DNA of 64,000 bases, taken from assembly GCA_012295275.1 (NCBI GenBank), contig CM022679.1:21576001-21640000 (forward strand). The letters run 5' to 3'. The stretch is from Chrysomallon squamiferum. Lineage: Eukaryota > Animalia > Mollusca. Made by a program: the position numbers and the translations under genes. Below are positions 1 to 15,898 of the stretch, in pieces; the first letter of the stretch is position 1; every line of letters begins with the position of its first letter. The notes below the pieces were generated by a model. The model made no database searches. It saw only the letters and a list, made by a program, of their open reading frames with translations, and was not told where the DNA came from.

Positions 1-1041
1 AAAATATATATTTTTTTATATTCCATCTTCTTAGCACTAGCTTCAGTGATTTTAAACCAGTTAATTCAGAATATAAAAAGCTAAAGTGATTATAACCTTA
101 AAAATATATATACTGCAATCTGAATATGTTTTTATCTATTTATTTTTAAGATTTAACATGGTATTGCTACCTAAAACAGAAACACAAAAATTCAAATACT
201 CAATTTTCACATAATAATATATCAAGGAAATTCTAGATTTTACAAATGTGAATTAATATAGAAATTACATTGAATTATGGGAAATTGATAAATATTTTGA
301 TGAAGAAAACTGGTTAATGAAAATGTATTTTTAAATGTGTGAATTGGAAGGGGTTTGCATAGTAAGCTAAAATGTATTATTGTTAATGAAGGCAGATATA
401 AAATAAAGTACAGTTATGAATGTTTTTATGTTGACATACTGTTTATCTGTAACCAGTATCCTTTCTGTTTTTAATTTCATTTTATTTCTTCTTTTTGTTA
501 AAAGGAAAATGTGTGTGAATTAATGTTCTTGTTATACAGAAAATAATTTATTGTTACAATTGTTTTTTAATGTTATTTGTAAATGCTTTGTGTGATAAAC
601 CTTTGAACAGTATTAGATTATCACTTTTCATTTTAAATGAAAGTGTTTTTACATGGTTGTTTTAATAATAAAATAATTATAACAAAAATAAATATATGTT
701 GTTGGTGTTTTTCTTTTTATTCTTTCCTTTTTAGAAAAATAATACAAATTAATAATAATTTTTTTTGCCAGCTTTTTTATTATGTATAGAAAATTTGTAA
801 AGTTAAAAGAAATAAAAAAAAAAAAAAAAAAAGGACTGTACTGGTCAGCAATTATAAACTTCCACATTACAATAAATATTTAATCTGTTAATATTTGATG
901 TGCTCTATTCTACTGGTATAAAAAGACACCTGTGTATCTTGAACTGAGAATTTATAACCAAATTTGGTTGAAATTTACACAATGTAGAATTACAAAAAGC
1001 TAATAATGTTTTAATGACTTTATTATGATAAACTAGAGTAC

Positions 1042-1074
<33 letters not shown>

Positions 1075-2127
1075 CAAATAAATAAAAAAGTTAAGATTAA
1101 AAGATTAAATAAAGAGAAATTAATAAATATCATTTTTTTTCTCTCTTGACCAGATTTGTAGGTATGTCTTTATTTGTTTTTAATTTTTCTTTTTACAGTT
1201 TTTCACTGATATGTATCAATGCATAACCTCTACACATTTCTGAAAACATGTACATAACACAATGACCATATTTTTAACTAATGATGGTAAGAGATGTTTC
1301 AAAATGTTTATTTTCATCACAGCCTCACTAAATATATATAAAAACAATTGTTTCTGATGTCTGAACCAGCATTTACAGACAAGCTCATACATATTAAAGG
1401 ATAGCAACATTCATCAAACTACCATCAGAGTGTCTGTGTAGCTTTCTTTACTGGTAATGATACAAGTCAACTGAAAAGTGCAGATGTATGAAGCAATTCT
1501 GATGTGAAGGAAATCAGAACAAAACATTTGAGTTTTTAAACAATTTAAAACAACACATCAGCTTAAATTTAAAAAAAAATGAAAAAAGGATTTTGAAATG
1601 AATGGACTGACGGAGTGGATTAACTCCAGCCAAAAATAAATAAAATAAATAATAACAAAATAAAGTGAAAAAGAAAAGAATAGCATAAAGTAAAGTTTTG
1701 CTGATTTTGGGTTGTTTTGTTTTTTTTTGGTGTGTGGTTGTATATGTTTGTTTGTTCATATTTGTGTGTGAATGCATTTGTTATTTATATGTGTAAGCAT
1801 TTTTTTTTTTCACATTTTATTTTTCAATATGAAACCAACTAACCATTGCAGTGCTGAATGTAACAGCTACTTGGAAATAGGCCAGTTAATAGTTATGCCA
1901 CATATAGCCTTACTTGCCAGTATATAGAATTCAGAGATAATTTTAAAAAAAAAAAAATCCAAAGGTCTTTTAAGATCTAGTATTTCTGGTCATATAAACT
2001 TGGTATATCATGATATCAAAGGGAGATATGATAGTAAGACAGGAATTTAAAAAAAATAATTTAAGACTCATATATATATGTATGTATGTATAAATGAAAC
2101 AACGTGATGCTTGAATGATAATTTTAA

Positions 2128-2183
<56 letters not shown>

Positions 2184-2418
2184 ATAATTTAAGCACCGGA
2201 AATACAAAATTAAAGTCGTTATCTGTATACTTCTATACATCTGTAAATATGTCTCTTTCACAATCAGAAAAAAGTCTACCTATCTGTCAAATTTATTCAA
2301 ACGAAACTCATAGCAAAATTCCCAGCCTAATTTAAGATTACAAAAAAAATGACTAAAAAAAAAAAATAAAAAACCATTCAAAATTTAACAGCAAAAACAA
2401 CAAAGGAAACAAAAATAA

Positions 2419-2449
<31 letters not shown>

Positions 2450-2675
2450 TAATAATATATAAATAAAAAAATAAAATCCTAAACTCCATTTAACTGTGTT
2501 TAAAAAAAGGAAGAAAGGGAAGGAAAACAAAAACAAAACATCAAAAACAAACAAAACAAAAACTAAAAAGAAATGCTAAAAATAAAACAAACATCTATTG
2601 TTATTTCGGTGTAATAAACTTTAGCTGTCTCAACAATCAGGTGGAAATTACAACCGAAGTGAAGGAAGAAAAACA

Positions 2676-5600
2676 ATGGCGACGACCGGAGTTCTTCCCT
2701 TCGTTAGAGGGATTGATTTAACTCGAAATGATTTTAAGGTATCATTACCCGAGAATAATTATTGTGTTACATCGATTTGTTTAAACAGTCTTCTTAAAAT
2801 TAATTATTATTATTTTTTTATATATATAATTTAATCATTAAATATAATATTCAATCAATCAATGTATCCAATGTTCAGCACATTAAATTATCCATCATTC
2901 AATGAAAATAAAAAGGAAAATAAAAAAAGTAAATAAAAATCAAAAAAGATAACTTAAATTGAAAGGTTTTATTTATTTATTTATTTATTATAGTTTTTTT
3001 ATGTATAGCCTCTATAAATTTACGGGACGAATTTAGTCAGACCTGTATAATGTATTAAAAACTTGAAAACAAATCACTGTAATCAGTAGTTTGCATTTCT
3101 GGTAAAATTAATAGCACGCCGCACATGGTAACATAATGGTTGTTATTTTCAGAATTACCGATTTCCTAATATGGTGGAGGAAATGACGGGCCTGAGATGG
3201 CTTCGTCTCAGCAGAACTCAACTGTCAAAATTTCCAAAAGAGTTGGAAAACCTTCAGAAACTGGTAATAACATTCATTCATTGAAATGAAGTAGTTCAGA
3301 TACAGAATTTAATACTCAACCAGTGATTTATGACAAAAATGGAGCAAAAACAATTATTTGTGTGTCAAGTACCCCGAATATATTTAACAAAATCAGTTAA
3401 TGTATTTTTCCCATTTACTTTTTTTTAAGCAAACTTGCCTTTTTCTTTCTTTCTTTCGTTATTTTTTTTTTTTTATTTTTTTGGTAAAATCCTTAGAAAC
3501 ATTTTTTTTTGTTGTTTTTAGTGTAAAATATTTCTCATTTATTTTTATTTAAATTATTATTTTTATGTGTTTGTGTGAAAAAAAAATCCATTTTTATTTA
3601 TTTGCTCTTTCACTAAATTATTTTCTTAATACCTATTTGCTTATCTATAGACACTATGGATTGTAAAATATATATGACTGGTGACTAGTTTTTTTCAGAA
3701 ATATGTATCTAACTATCATCTATCTGTCTATCCATTGACATGTATATGTATTGTTATAGGAAGACCTTACTCTGATTCACAACAATCTTGACACACTTGG
3801 TGATGGTATTCTGAAGCTGACCTCTTTGTCCAAACTGAACTGTCGTTACAACCATCTTACTGATGCTGGGATTCCAAAAGGACTGTTTTGTATGGAAGAT
3901 CTATCAGTGGTGGTTTGTATAACTTAAATTTATATAAATAATAAACAATTTTATTTGTCTTTTGATTTTGTCCTTTAAAATATTTTTCAGCTGTTAAATA
4001 CTCTTTGGAATGTGTATCTGATTCTGTCTCAAAGTCTGATTTATTAAACAAAATAATTCATATTTTCCTCATACAATAAATATAAATAATGATATATATT
4101 TAATTTTTTTCATTTTTGATTTTTGCAAATATATGAAGTTATATTTTAGATACTTTTTGTAAGCAATGGCATCTGTCAGATTAAAAAAAATGTAATCCTT
4201 TTGCATGAAAATAAATTATTTAAATATAAAAAGTAGCCTAAATTAAGTTATAAACTGAAACTATATTTAGTGACACATTACAGCTTGCTTTTGTTTTTAT
4301 GTTTAATGACAGGATTTAAGTCACAATCAATTGAAAGAAGTACCACCAGAGTTAGAAAATTCCACATCAGTGCTTGTTCTAAATCTTAGTTACAATGAGT
4401 GAGTTTTATTTTGTTGACTGTCTAAAACAAGTCTTTTACAGTTGAACTAATTTATACTGTTAATCTGTTTCAGTTTTATGTTTTATAAAGATACACATAT
4501 ATATTTATATATATCACACTGCCAGAGCTTAAAGTGATCATTGTCATGACTTGAGGTTTGATAACCATGAAAACGATTTGTAAATTTTAAATTGTGACAG
4601 TAAAAAATATATATGTACTAGATAAATAACAGATCAACAAGACTGCAGTGTGAGTTATTTATGTATACACAGAACATTTTGTAATATAAAATAAAATAAA
4701 AACAACTAAATTATTTATAGTTTTGTGGAAACTTTAGTTAAAATAATCAAATACAGAACTGGTCACAGAAGAATCAAGTCATTATGTTAACATAAATTTA
4801 AGTTTTACATTTAGAAATAGATATATACATAGATACACACTCACACACACATACACAGTTTGAGTATCAGCATTACATAAGTGGTAAAAAAAAAGCAAAC
4901 AAATAACTAATTAAAACTGGATCCTTGTATAAACAGCAACAAAACAACAACAACAATAAACCTCCCAATAAATCAGTTAAAAACATAATAAAAATAAAAA
5001 TTTAAGAATAATCCTTTTTCTAAACAAAAACAATTTAATTTTTATATTTTTCAGGATTGAAATGATTCCAAATCAGCTGTTCATTAATCTGACTGATCTG
5101 ACCTTCGTTGATCTTAGCAACAATAATTTGGGTAAGTACTGTGAATGAAAATATTCCATTGATTTCATTTTTAGTTTTTAAAATTTGTGTCAAGTTGACA
5201 AAAAATAAACAGTGCATTAACATCAACAGTGGTAAAATATAAAAAATGATTTTGATGTTTGTATATTGTACATTTTTTTCCATGGTAAAAATCTTTCTCA
5301 TGTCTTTTTTAGAAAATGTTATAAATAAACATTCATGCCTGGACATGCTTTTATCTTTCACAACCATATATGTCTGCCTGAGATAACTGACAGTAAATAT
5401 TTGTAAATAAAAAGTTATTTTTAAACACATTTTATTCTCATTTCTTTTTCTTTTTTTAATTTTTAAAAAAAAATTTAATTGTTTTTTGTGTTTTGATAAT
5501 TATTTTTATTGTTTTTTATTATCTCACATAACTAACAGTAAATATTTATAACACTTACAAAGAGTTGCAAATTCTTTTTAAACACATTTTATTTTCATTT

Positions 5601-8600
5601 CTTATTTTAAATTTTTTTTTGTGTGTGTTTTGATGATCATTATTTTTATGTCTCATAACTGACAGTAAATAGTTAAAACAGATATAAAGAGTTGTAAATC
5701 GCAGTTCTTTTTTTAACAAATTTTATTTTATATTTTTTGGTTGTGTGTTTTAATGATTTTTATTTTTATTTCAGAAACTCTTCCACCTCAGATGCGACGA
5801 CTAACTAATCTGCAGACTCTGGTGTTAAACAACAATCCTCTTATACATGCACAACTCAGGTGAGAGAAAGTAATCCACTGTAAAAAAAGTTTCATCAGTT
5901 TCTGTTATTTAAAACAGTTCTTAAAAACCTCCCAGACATTTCTAATGCAAATGACTTTAAATTCAGTTAATAAAAATAGATAGTTTAATTTTAAAGAATT
6001 TCTTAACAAGAAAATAAAATAAACTTTATGAACAAGGATAATTGTTTATTATTATTAATATTTTTCTTTTTGTTATAATTACTATTACTGTTACTATTTT
6101 TATTTTTTTTTTATTATAATTTTTATTATCTCCTTAACTAAACAATTAAAATAAAATTTATAATCAATAGTTACTACATTTTTCATACTGTTGTAGCTAT
6201 TACTGTTATTACTATCATTATCTTTATTATTATTATTCTTGTTGTAATTATTCTTAACAATATTGTCATTTTTCTTACTTTTGTTGTTGTAGTTGTTATT
6301 ATTATTTTAGTTATAATTTTTATTTCTTTCTTAACAATTAAAATAAAATTTATAATCAATAGCTATTAATTTTTCATGCTGCTTTATCACTATTATTATG
6401 CTTATGATTATTATTATAATATTATTCTTGTTATTCTTAATATTACCTTTATTATTAATATGTTTCTTACTTTTGTTAATATTATTATTATTAGGAATTT
6501 TATAATTATTGTCTGTTATTGTTGTTAATATTTGTAATTATTGTTGTTAATATTTGTTGTTATTGTTGTTATTTCTGACAGACAGCTGCCTGCACTGACA
6601 GCTCTACAGACACTTCACATGAGAAACACACAGCGCACTCTCGCTAACTTCCCCACCGGTCTCGACACTCTGACCAACTTACAAGGTACAAACTGATACA
6701 AACGTAAACACAGACAAGCATTTGAATTCATAAACATATCCACTTTTAATTCCATAGCAATGTATAGTATGTGAACAATTGTAATGTGTTTGTATAAAAA
6801 ACATCAGCATATACGTCTGTGTTTATGAGTTAGTTGTTATGTTAGTGTAGGTTAAAAAAAAAAATAATGGTAGTGATAAAAGCACTGTTGGGTAATGATT
6901 TACTCAGTCTATCAGGATTTGTTGTCTTGAACTGAAATAGTTAATTTCTTGTTACCAGTGTTTATAACTTCATTTAACAGTTTTAAATTTGTATTTCAGA
7001 TGTTGACTTGTCACAAAATGATCTTCCTCGTGTACCAGAGGCTCTGTACAAACTTGCCTCACTCAAACGTCTAAACCTGAGCAACAATGCAATACAAGAA
7101 TTATCTCTCATGATAGGTGAGAGTAAATGTAAAAATAGAAAATTTAACCCTAGAAGTCCCAAACCTTAAAAAGTATTTTAGTAGGGGTGCTGAAAAATAG
7201 CAGGTTAAGAATCTCTGATATATGTGTATATAATTGATTATTGATTATGTTGGTATTTATGAGGAATGGATATTTGGATTGTTGTGTTGTGTGTTTTCAT
7301 CTATGAAATTTTGATGCAGTTAATTCTTCCTTAAATTTAATTTTGGCCTATAACTGTACAACACATTGCAATCTTATATATATATATAGAACATATTGTT
7401 AATTACATTTCTTTAACAATATTCACTAAAGTTGAAAAATATTACTAAAACATTATCTGACATTTATTTTAAATTTTCAGATGCTTCATTTATAACTATT
7501 TTGGAATTGTTGAACCTGTACATATTTCCTAATTTTGGGTCAAATTTGGAATCACTCAGTCTGCATGTACTTTAATAATTTTTAGATGTTTTGGGGTGAA
7601 TTTAATGAATCACTGAATCTTTATAATTTTTAGATATTTGTGTGAATTTGCAACCTTTGAATATATATGTTTTTTGGTTGTTTTTTACAATTTCTTAAAT
7701 GTATGGATGAATTTGCAACCATTGAATCTGTATGGATTTATAATTTGTTTTTGGTTTTTTACACTTTTCAGATGTATGGGTGAATTTGGAATCACTGAAT
7801 CTGTCTAGAAACAAACTGACATGTCTTCCTGTAAGTTTAAACGTTAATGGTGTTATATGTATTTCTATGGTTTTCACTATAATTTAATATTGTGTGCTAT
7901 TTGTTTGTTCATACATAGTGTTATTTGATAAAACATAATTCCTATGCTACGTTGTTAATTGGTGAGACAAATATTTTTGTTTCAGAACCTCAGCTCATAA
8001 ATGCATTACTTGATACACAATAACTATTAATATTAAAATTTTTTTAACAGATATTCATTCATTTGCTTATTTGTTATTTTCTCTTTCATTGGTGAAAAAC
8101 ATTTTATTTTATTAGTCGTCTCAGTATTTTAAGCAATATTTATTAGTCTATTGTTATTAATTTTTTTTTAACCACTTTTATTGAATTAGCTCATAATGTC
8201 TGTGGTATTACTGTTAGAATTTAACATCATCTCATCTTTCTCTTGATATAATTTGAGATGCCAGTATCCATTCCATATGAGAGAGCTTTTTAATCATGTT
8301 TAAAAAAAACAACACCTTTTCTTGTTTAGATGTCACTACACAAACTGGTGTCATTGAAAAAGCTGTATGTAAACTGCAACCAGTTGGATTTTGAAGGCAT
8401 TCCAGCAAACATCGGCAAACTGCACAACCTGGAAATATTTAGTGCAGCTAAGAACAATCTTGAAATGATTCCTGAAGGCCTCTGCAGGTATTCCATATTT
8501 TTGTTTAATTTTAATTTTATTTTATCATTTTGTTTTTATTATTTCAGATTGAAGAAATTATTTTTGTTTAATTACTAGATCTACAAAAATCTTCTCTCAA

Positions 8601-9934
8601 ACTTGTTTGATTTTTAGATTTTGTTTTTCCCTACAAGTTAAAATTTTGATTCAGACTATAACACTATCATGAATAATTTATTTGTTATATCATTCTATTT
8701 TTAATTTATGTTTTGCAAGTTGAAGAAATTATTTTTAATTACAAAAATTTTCTGTCAACCTTTTCTGTTTTCCATATTAGTTTTCTCTGTAAATTTTATT
8801 TTACATAATGATAAGTTATTTATTGAATCATCCTGGTTTTATTTCAGGTGTGGCAAACTGAAGAAGTTAATTCTCGTAAACAACCGTCTGGTGACTCTCC
8901 CCAACATTCTTCATCTTCTGCCAGAACTTGAGGTTTGATTTGTAGTGATAGAAAATTATCATTGTTGAGGGATGTTTTAATTTTTACTTTGCATACTGGC
9001 AGATATAAGTCAAATCATACATATCTTTTTGCCTTGAAATGGTCATAGATTCATTTTTTTTGTTATAGCAGCTGATTAAACTGGTCAGGAAGTAAATAAA
9101 TAAATCTTTCAACATGAACCTTTATCACTTTAAACCAGTGGTTCCCAACCTTATGTGGGCCATGCCTCATCTGAACTTTTCAAAGATTTTTGATGCCCCT
9201 TTTGGCATAAAAGCCAACAAGGTTCTGAAAAAAGTATGATATAAAATAAGGAAGTTAAGTGAAAGATTTCAAAACACATATATTATTGAATAACTTTACC
9301 ATTTCCTGGCCATTATAAAATTTGTTTTTAATATCTCAGTTTTAAATTGTCCCCACATGTCAAGTATTCCAAATATATTATTGTTATTTTTTTCAAATAT
9401 ATTATCATTATAAAAAGATTAATCCTCAAGTTAGATCAAGTTTTCAAATGCAGTTTTAATTTATTATAAAATAAAATAAAATAAAATAAAATAAAAAAGA
9501 TTATCATTTTAATTTTTGTTACCAATGGGATATTATTAATTATTCCAAATGTATTATCTTTATAAAAGGATTATTAAGGTAAAATTAAAATATATATTCC
9601 AGACTTTGGATGTCAGGGATAATCCTGACTTGGTGATGCCTCCAAAACCAGTGGAACTGAAGAAGGATTTGGCTTACTACAACATTGACTTCTCTCTCAA
9701 CACTCAGCTCAGACTGGCTGGAGCTACCCCCACACCATCACATGATGAACAGCCTTCCCGTATGTAGACGTTTAATATGTCTACTTTTTCTTATAGTTCT
9801 GTTTTATTAATATTTTTATGTGTTACATTAGAAAAAACTATCACAAATGTTATCTTAGTTATTCTCCCTTCATTTTTCTCAGGGTATCCTTGTTTCCTTG
9901 TTTCTTTCTTCCTTCCTTCCTTTCATTTTTGTTT

Positions 9935-10017
<83 letters not shown>

Positions 10018-11681
10018 TATATATTTTTTCAAATTATAAATTAAAATATATGTTTTAACAGTAATAAAGAATGTAATTTATTTCCATATTAACAGCCCAC
10101 AAAAGTGATCCGATTGCTAGGAAATTGAGATTGCGTCGAAGAAGAGATGGGCAGGAGAGTGAAAAGGTTTTGAAGGTGAGCTAGACTTGCTATTATTGTC
10201 CCATTCCAACAGATTTAAAATTTCTTTTCTTTTTCAAGAAACATACTGTTATTTTTAAACATTAATATCAAAAAGTACAGAAGTCTTGATAAATGCAATT
10301 TTTAGTTCATTCATTCATTCATTTTGTTAAACATATTATTGTCTTAATAACAATTTGAGTTTAGATTTACAATTTTCAGTCTCATGGAGCTTGTTATAAT
10401 ATTGTAAAACTGTGTTATTGGCATAGATTAGAATTCAAGAATATATAAAATAGAGACTTGGACTTATTAAAGGTATTTGTTTGACATTACTGAAAATAAA
10501 TACTTTGAGACAGTAAGACATTTGTTATTGATGTACATTAAATATTAAATAATGTTATCTTTGGTACTTTGCTGTCAATTCAGGTGTTTGCTGTATAAAT
10601 TGATAGATGTGTGTGTGTATGTTTTCAGGGTATGCGTGATGTGGCAAAAGACAAAGCAGAAGGAAAAGATAAACTGGACACAGAATCTAGAGATCCTGTC
10701 AAGTGAGATTAATTAATTTAAAATTAATAATTTTTGTTTTGTTTAAAACTTACAGAATTGTTGCTTTTAAATCTTTATGACAAAAATAAGTGTGTGTTTG
10801 TGTGTTTATGTGTGTGTTTGTATTTAAATATATATAATTTGTTCCTTATTAAATTCTTTTTATTAGAGATTGATTTCAGCATTTCTTATATTAATTGTGA
10901 TCTGTTTAATAACATAATAACAATGACAAAAGCAAATAACAACATAGTTATATTTATTATTGTTTTTAGACCGAAGAGGTGGGATGAGCATTTAACAAGG
11001 CCTGAGCTGGATTACAGTCAGATCTTTGATGAAGATGTAGGACAAATTCCTGGTGAGATAAATTCTGAAAATAATTGACTAAATACATTTATAACATTCT
11101 TGTGTCTGTAGTTAGGAGCATGTTGTAAGCATAAACTGTCATCCTGTTATCTTTTGAAATGTTTATTAAGTTAAATATACCTTTGAGTGATAAAATAATA
11201 ATAATACATTTTAAAAAAATATTACATTCTCTTGAAAATTCATACCACTTACCTGTTTTATAAACTATCATTGTGTTATTTGCATTTTCAAGCAGTTTCA
11301 AATATTTCATACACTGAAAATTTTTTCTCTGCAAGAGATATGAAAATGAATGTAAAAAAATATATATATATATAAAAAAACCCACCAAAACACTTTAATG
11401 GTAACATCATAAGAGGGTTTCCTCTCTTTGTACATTCAACACAAACTGACATTATTCGAATCTGATAATTCCAAGTATAAAAATATTTTGATATACCATT
11501 AATTTCGTTGTTTTCATTTTATAATTTTCACTGATGAAAATATTCATTTAAAAAAAAAGAAGAATCTGGTGATGTTAGAAGTTAAAAAAAAACAATTGTC
11601 TGATAATTTCAGGAATTACTTGTTGGGAGATTGAGAACTTTTTGCCAAATCCTGTGGATGAAGGTAATAAATTAGTTAAAA

Positions 11682-11719
<38 letters not shown>

Positions 11720-14700
11720 TGAGTCTATGTGTGTGTATCTTTGTTTCTGTGTTTATACATGTACATACATGTATGTATGTATCTAAGTATACATGCATGT
11801 ATGTTTATGTGTGTATGTGAGTGTATGTGTATATGTGTGTATATGAAATTGTAATAAAACTATAAATGTGGTAAGATTTGATAAAACACATCTATGAATT
11901 AATGTTTGTTACCACAGCTCTGATTGGCAAGTTCTATGAAGCGGACTGCTACATCATTCTGAAAACTTACATCGATGTCAGCAACAGTCTGAACTGGAGT
12001 CTTTGGTACTGGATTGGTGAGAAGGCCACAGTCAGTATCTTCTAAATCTTAAATATCTTATAGTCTTTACAGTTTTACCACTTAATATATTTACACACAC
12101 ACAAAACACACACACACACACACACATAACATGAATCTAGTTTTTTTTATATCATAATAATGTCAGATTTTTAGTTTTAACGCTTGATGCATTCTTATAT
12201 ATATATATATATATGTAGAATTAATTCAGAGTGAAATGGAGTAATGATATTGGTTTAATGTAATAATTTAATGGCTGAATATGAGAGAAAGTACGTGTGT
12301 GTGTGTTTTTGTGTTTTCATTCTGTTTCTGTTATTTACTCACTTGAAAATTTGTTTAAATATTTAATATAAAGTAAATTGATTGTATCTGCATTTATCAG
12401 GTTTTCTTTGTTTAGCTTTCACATTAGACCATTTATAAAATATGATCTCCTCCATTGACAAGAATGATAAATTAACACAAATTTAATATGTGAACAGCTA
12501 TTAATAGTAAAATTTTTAAGATCTGTAACATTTAATTAAAAAGAAATCAGAACAGTTTATTTTTAAGATCTACTGTAAAATTTGCATTTGTTTAGCATAT
12601 GTGTTTGTATGTATGAGTAAGTGTACAAAAAAGAACAATCTTTTTACTTGCTTATATTATTTAAAATAATAATTGTTTTTTTTTATGTTAATAAATGTAC
12701 AAATCAGATCAGTTCATTGTTACATATTTATTTGTTTAACATAAGTGTGTGGATGAGTAAATGAACAAATCAGAAGTTGTTTTCTTTTCTTCAGTAACCC
12801 ATAGTGTAAAGTGTGATTTTGTTTAATACTTGTATTTGTTAATATAGTGAATATGCAAATTTGAAATGTTTTTTTATGAAAAACCTCTATTGTAAAATGT
12901 AGATTTGTTTAATACATGTATTTGTAGATGTTTAGGTGAATATTAATAAACCAAGCTAGTGATAAAACAGACATTTTCTCTGTTAACAGATTGACAAGAA
13001 AGCCTGCTCTGCTATACATGCTGTTAATCTTCGTAATTTGCTTGGTGCTGAATGTCGAACAATTCGTGAAGAAATGCACGATGAATCTGATGATTTCCTG
13101 AATCTGTTTCCCAACGGAATCTCATACATTGAGGGTGGGAGAACATCCAGTGGATTTTTCACTGTGGAAGACTCTGTCAGTGATAAAAAAAATATACATA
13201 AGCTTTTAAAATCTTTAGACTCATGATATCCTGAACCTCTCATTTCTGTCTAAACTGAATTTTATCAAAATTAAAACAGTTGAGTTATTGAGTTGTGTCT
13301 GAGTATTTCATTTCATTTCACTTGTTAGAGAAATATATGACATGTATAGATACTCTGAGAGGTTAATAAAACGACACAGATAAATCTACAATTTACCTAA
13401 ATACTGTTTTTGAATTTCACCTAAACAAATTATATGAGCTTTTGTTCCAACCCAATATTTACTTAATTTTTTCTAACAAAACAAAATTTATAACTATTCT
13501 AATGTACTTTGTTTGTAATCAGATTTATCTTCTTTTTTTCCTTATTATAACACTGAGATGATCTTTGTCATTGTTTTCCAGGAATATGAAGTAAGATTGT
13601 ACAGAGCAAGTGGCAAACTGTCTGTTCACATGGAAAGGGTAAGTGGTGGTAAAATTAACTGAAGTATAATGACTGTTTATTTCAGTTCATGATATATTCA
13701 TGATGTATAATTCTTATATAATTTGTTCCGTTTTCCCTCCCTAAACACAGTGTCCAGTATCTGTCAGTGAGTTGGATCCTAACTTTGTTTTCATGCTTGA
13801 TGCTGGACTTAGACTCTTTGTGTGGGTAGGAAAGAAAGCAAGTGGAGTGACTCGAACAAAAACAAGGTGAGAATAATCTTGTACAGCTGGAAGAATCCTC
13901 ATCCAAAATTTCAAAATCCCCAAAATCTCTTAAGTACAAAATCTTTTCCAAAGCTGAAGAAATACAAATATCTTACAGTTTATGGATTGTTTTGGATACA
14001 CTGATTTTAATTTTGTGCACCAAATTATTAAAAATGTTATATAAAACAAATCCTCCAGTTGTTTTGTATAAGACATATATGAAATAGAAATGGAATTCAT
14101 ATTTAAACACTGCTCTCTAGGTAACTCGTTATATTACAAAATCTGAAACATTCTGAAATCTTAAACACTTCTGGTCAGAAACATTTAGGATGAAGGATTC
14201 TCAGCCTATATTTCTTACAAGTGTGTTTATTTATTTAGTTTATTTTTTGCTCCACTGAATGTTGCTGAGTCTTTTTTCTTCAAAAGTCACTGTAAATATT
14301 TTGTACATTCAATATAAAAGAAACCGTGATTGTTGTTACTGATCATGTGATAGTCTTCTGTGACACATGGTTTCATTTCTCATTTCTGTTTCCTTATTAT
14401 ATGTATGGCACCATATAACCATGGATTTAGTTGATTTTATGAAAAATATTTAAAAATTTGTTTTAATTTCTGATCAAAGGTTTAAAGCTGCTAAACAAAT
14501 TTTTGTTTTTGTTATCATTTTAATTTTTTTTTAATATATTTTGATAACATCACATATCATTCATTAGATTAAAAAATTACTGTTTTATCTTGATTATTAT
14601 TATTATTTTTTAAATATTTATTGAAAATCAGATTAATAGCTGAAAAGATCAACAAAAATGAAAGGAAGAACAAAGCAGAGATATTCATGATTGCACAGAA

Positions 14701-14813
14701 TCAGGAGACAGCTGAATTCTGGAGACTTATTGGACAGCCACCAACAGAGCCTATTCAGGTAGGAAAGTATTATGTATCAAATTCTGTAGTTTTCATTGTT
14801 TAAAGGCTTTTCA

Positions 14814-14844
<31 letters not shown>

Positions 14845-15833
14845 ATTAGTTAAAAAAAAAGAAGACATTTTGTAAATCTCATCTACTAGAAGGATATCAA
14901 ATTGAAACCATTTTCCTTAACTGAAAAGAAATTAATCATTTTAAACGCACAGACACATTAAGTTAGAAACACAAGCTACACACAGACACACATGCACACT
15001 TTTATACATGCAGTTACATCCAGAGACACCATTCACATGGTTATACTGACTTCCCTACAGAAATATATGCAAAAACACCTGTAGATTTTTATATTATTTC
15101 TATCATAATACAAATAAAATATTTTAAAATTTGATTTAATTATTTAATCCACTCATCTAGTAGAGTTTTCTTGTAGATACACATTTTTGGTTGTAGTTAA
15201 ATTGTTGTTTTTTTTTTCTAATTTAGAAATGTTGCATTTTCACATTTTGATTGTAGTAAATAGTTATGATTAAAAAAAAAATAACAAAGCACAGTATTTG
15301 TAGTAAACATAGCATAAAAACCAACAAAAAATAAAAAAATACAATTTTTGAGAGTTTTATACCCTATATTACGTAAAAAAAATAAAAAAAATGATGAAAC
15401 AAAATTTCTATTGTCTGAAGATGATGTGTTGATTTCATGTTTACTGTGAAAAAAAAGAAGAATCTGTTAATAGTATTGTTCCTGTTAAAAACCCCAAATT
15501 CTTTAATTATTTTGTTTGTTTTTTCTGTTATGGTAACAGCTGAAAAAGAAAAAGTATAAAGTGGGGCGGAATACTGTTGGTATTCTTACCAGAATTGAAA
15601 TAGAATCAGATGAGGAACAAGAAAATGAAGTAATTAAATTGTTCACTATAAAGCTTGATTCCTCCAACATTATTATGTGACATTCCCACTAATGCAGTTC
15701 ACTTAACATTGGAGCGACCATCACTGCATTTTATTTAGTTTGAAATGAGATACTGTTACATGCATGAAAAGCATGTGCATTGTTGATTTGATGTGAATTG
15801 ATATGATTGTTGTCAGTGTTGTGTAAGAAAATT

Positions 15834-15898
<65 letters not shown>

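Noticed and set aside
1-2600. Short ORFs upstream of FLII
   Set aside because: Low-complexity AT-rich sequence; no recognisable protein or consistent exon structure.
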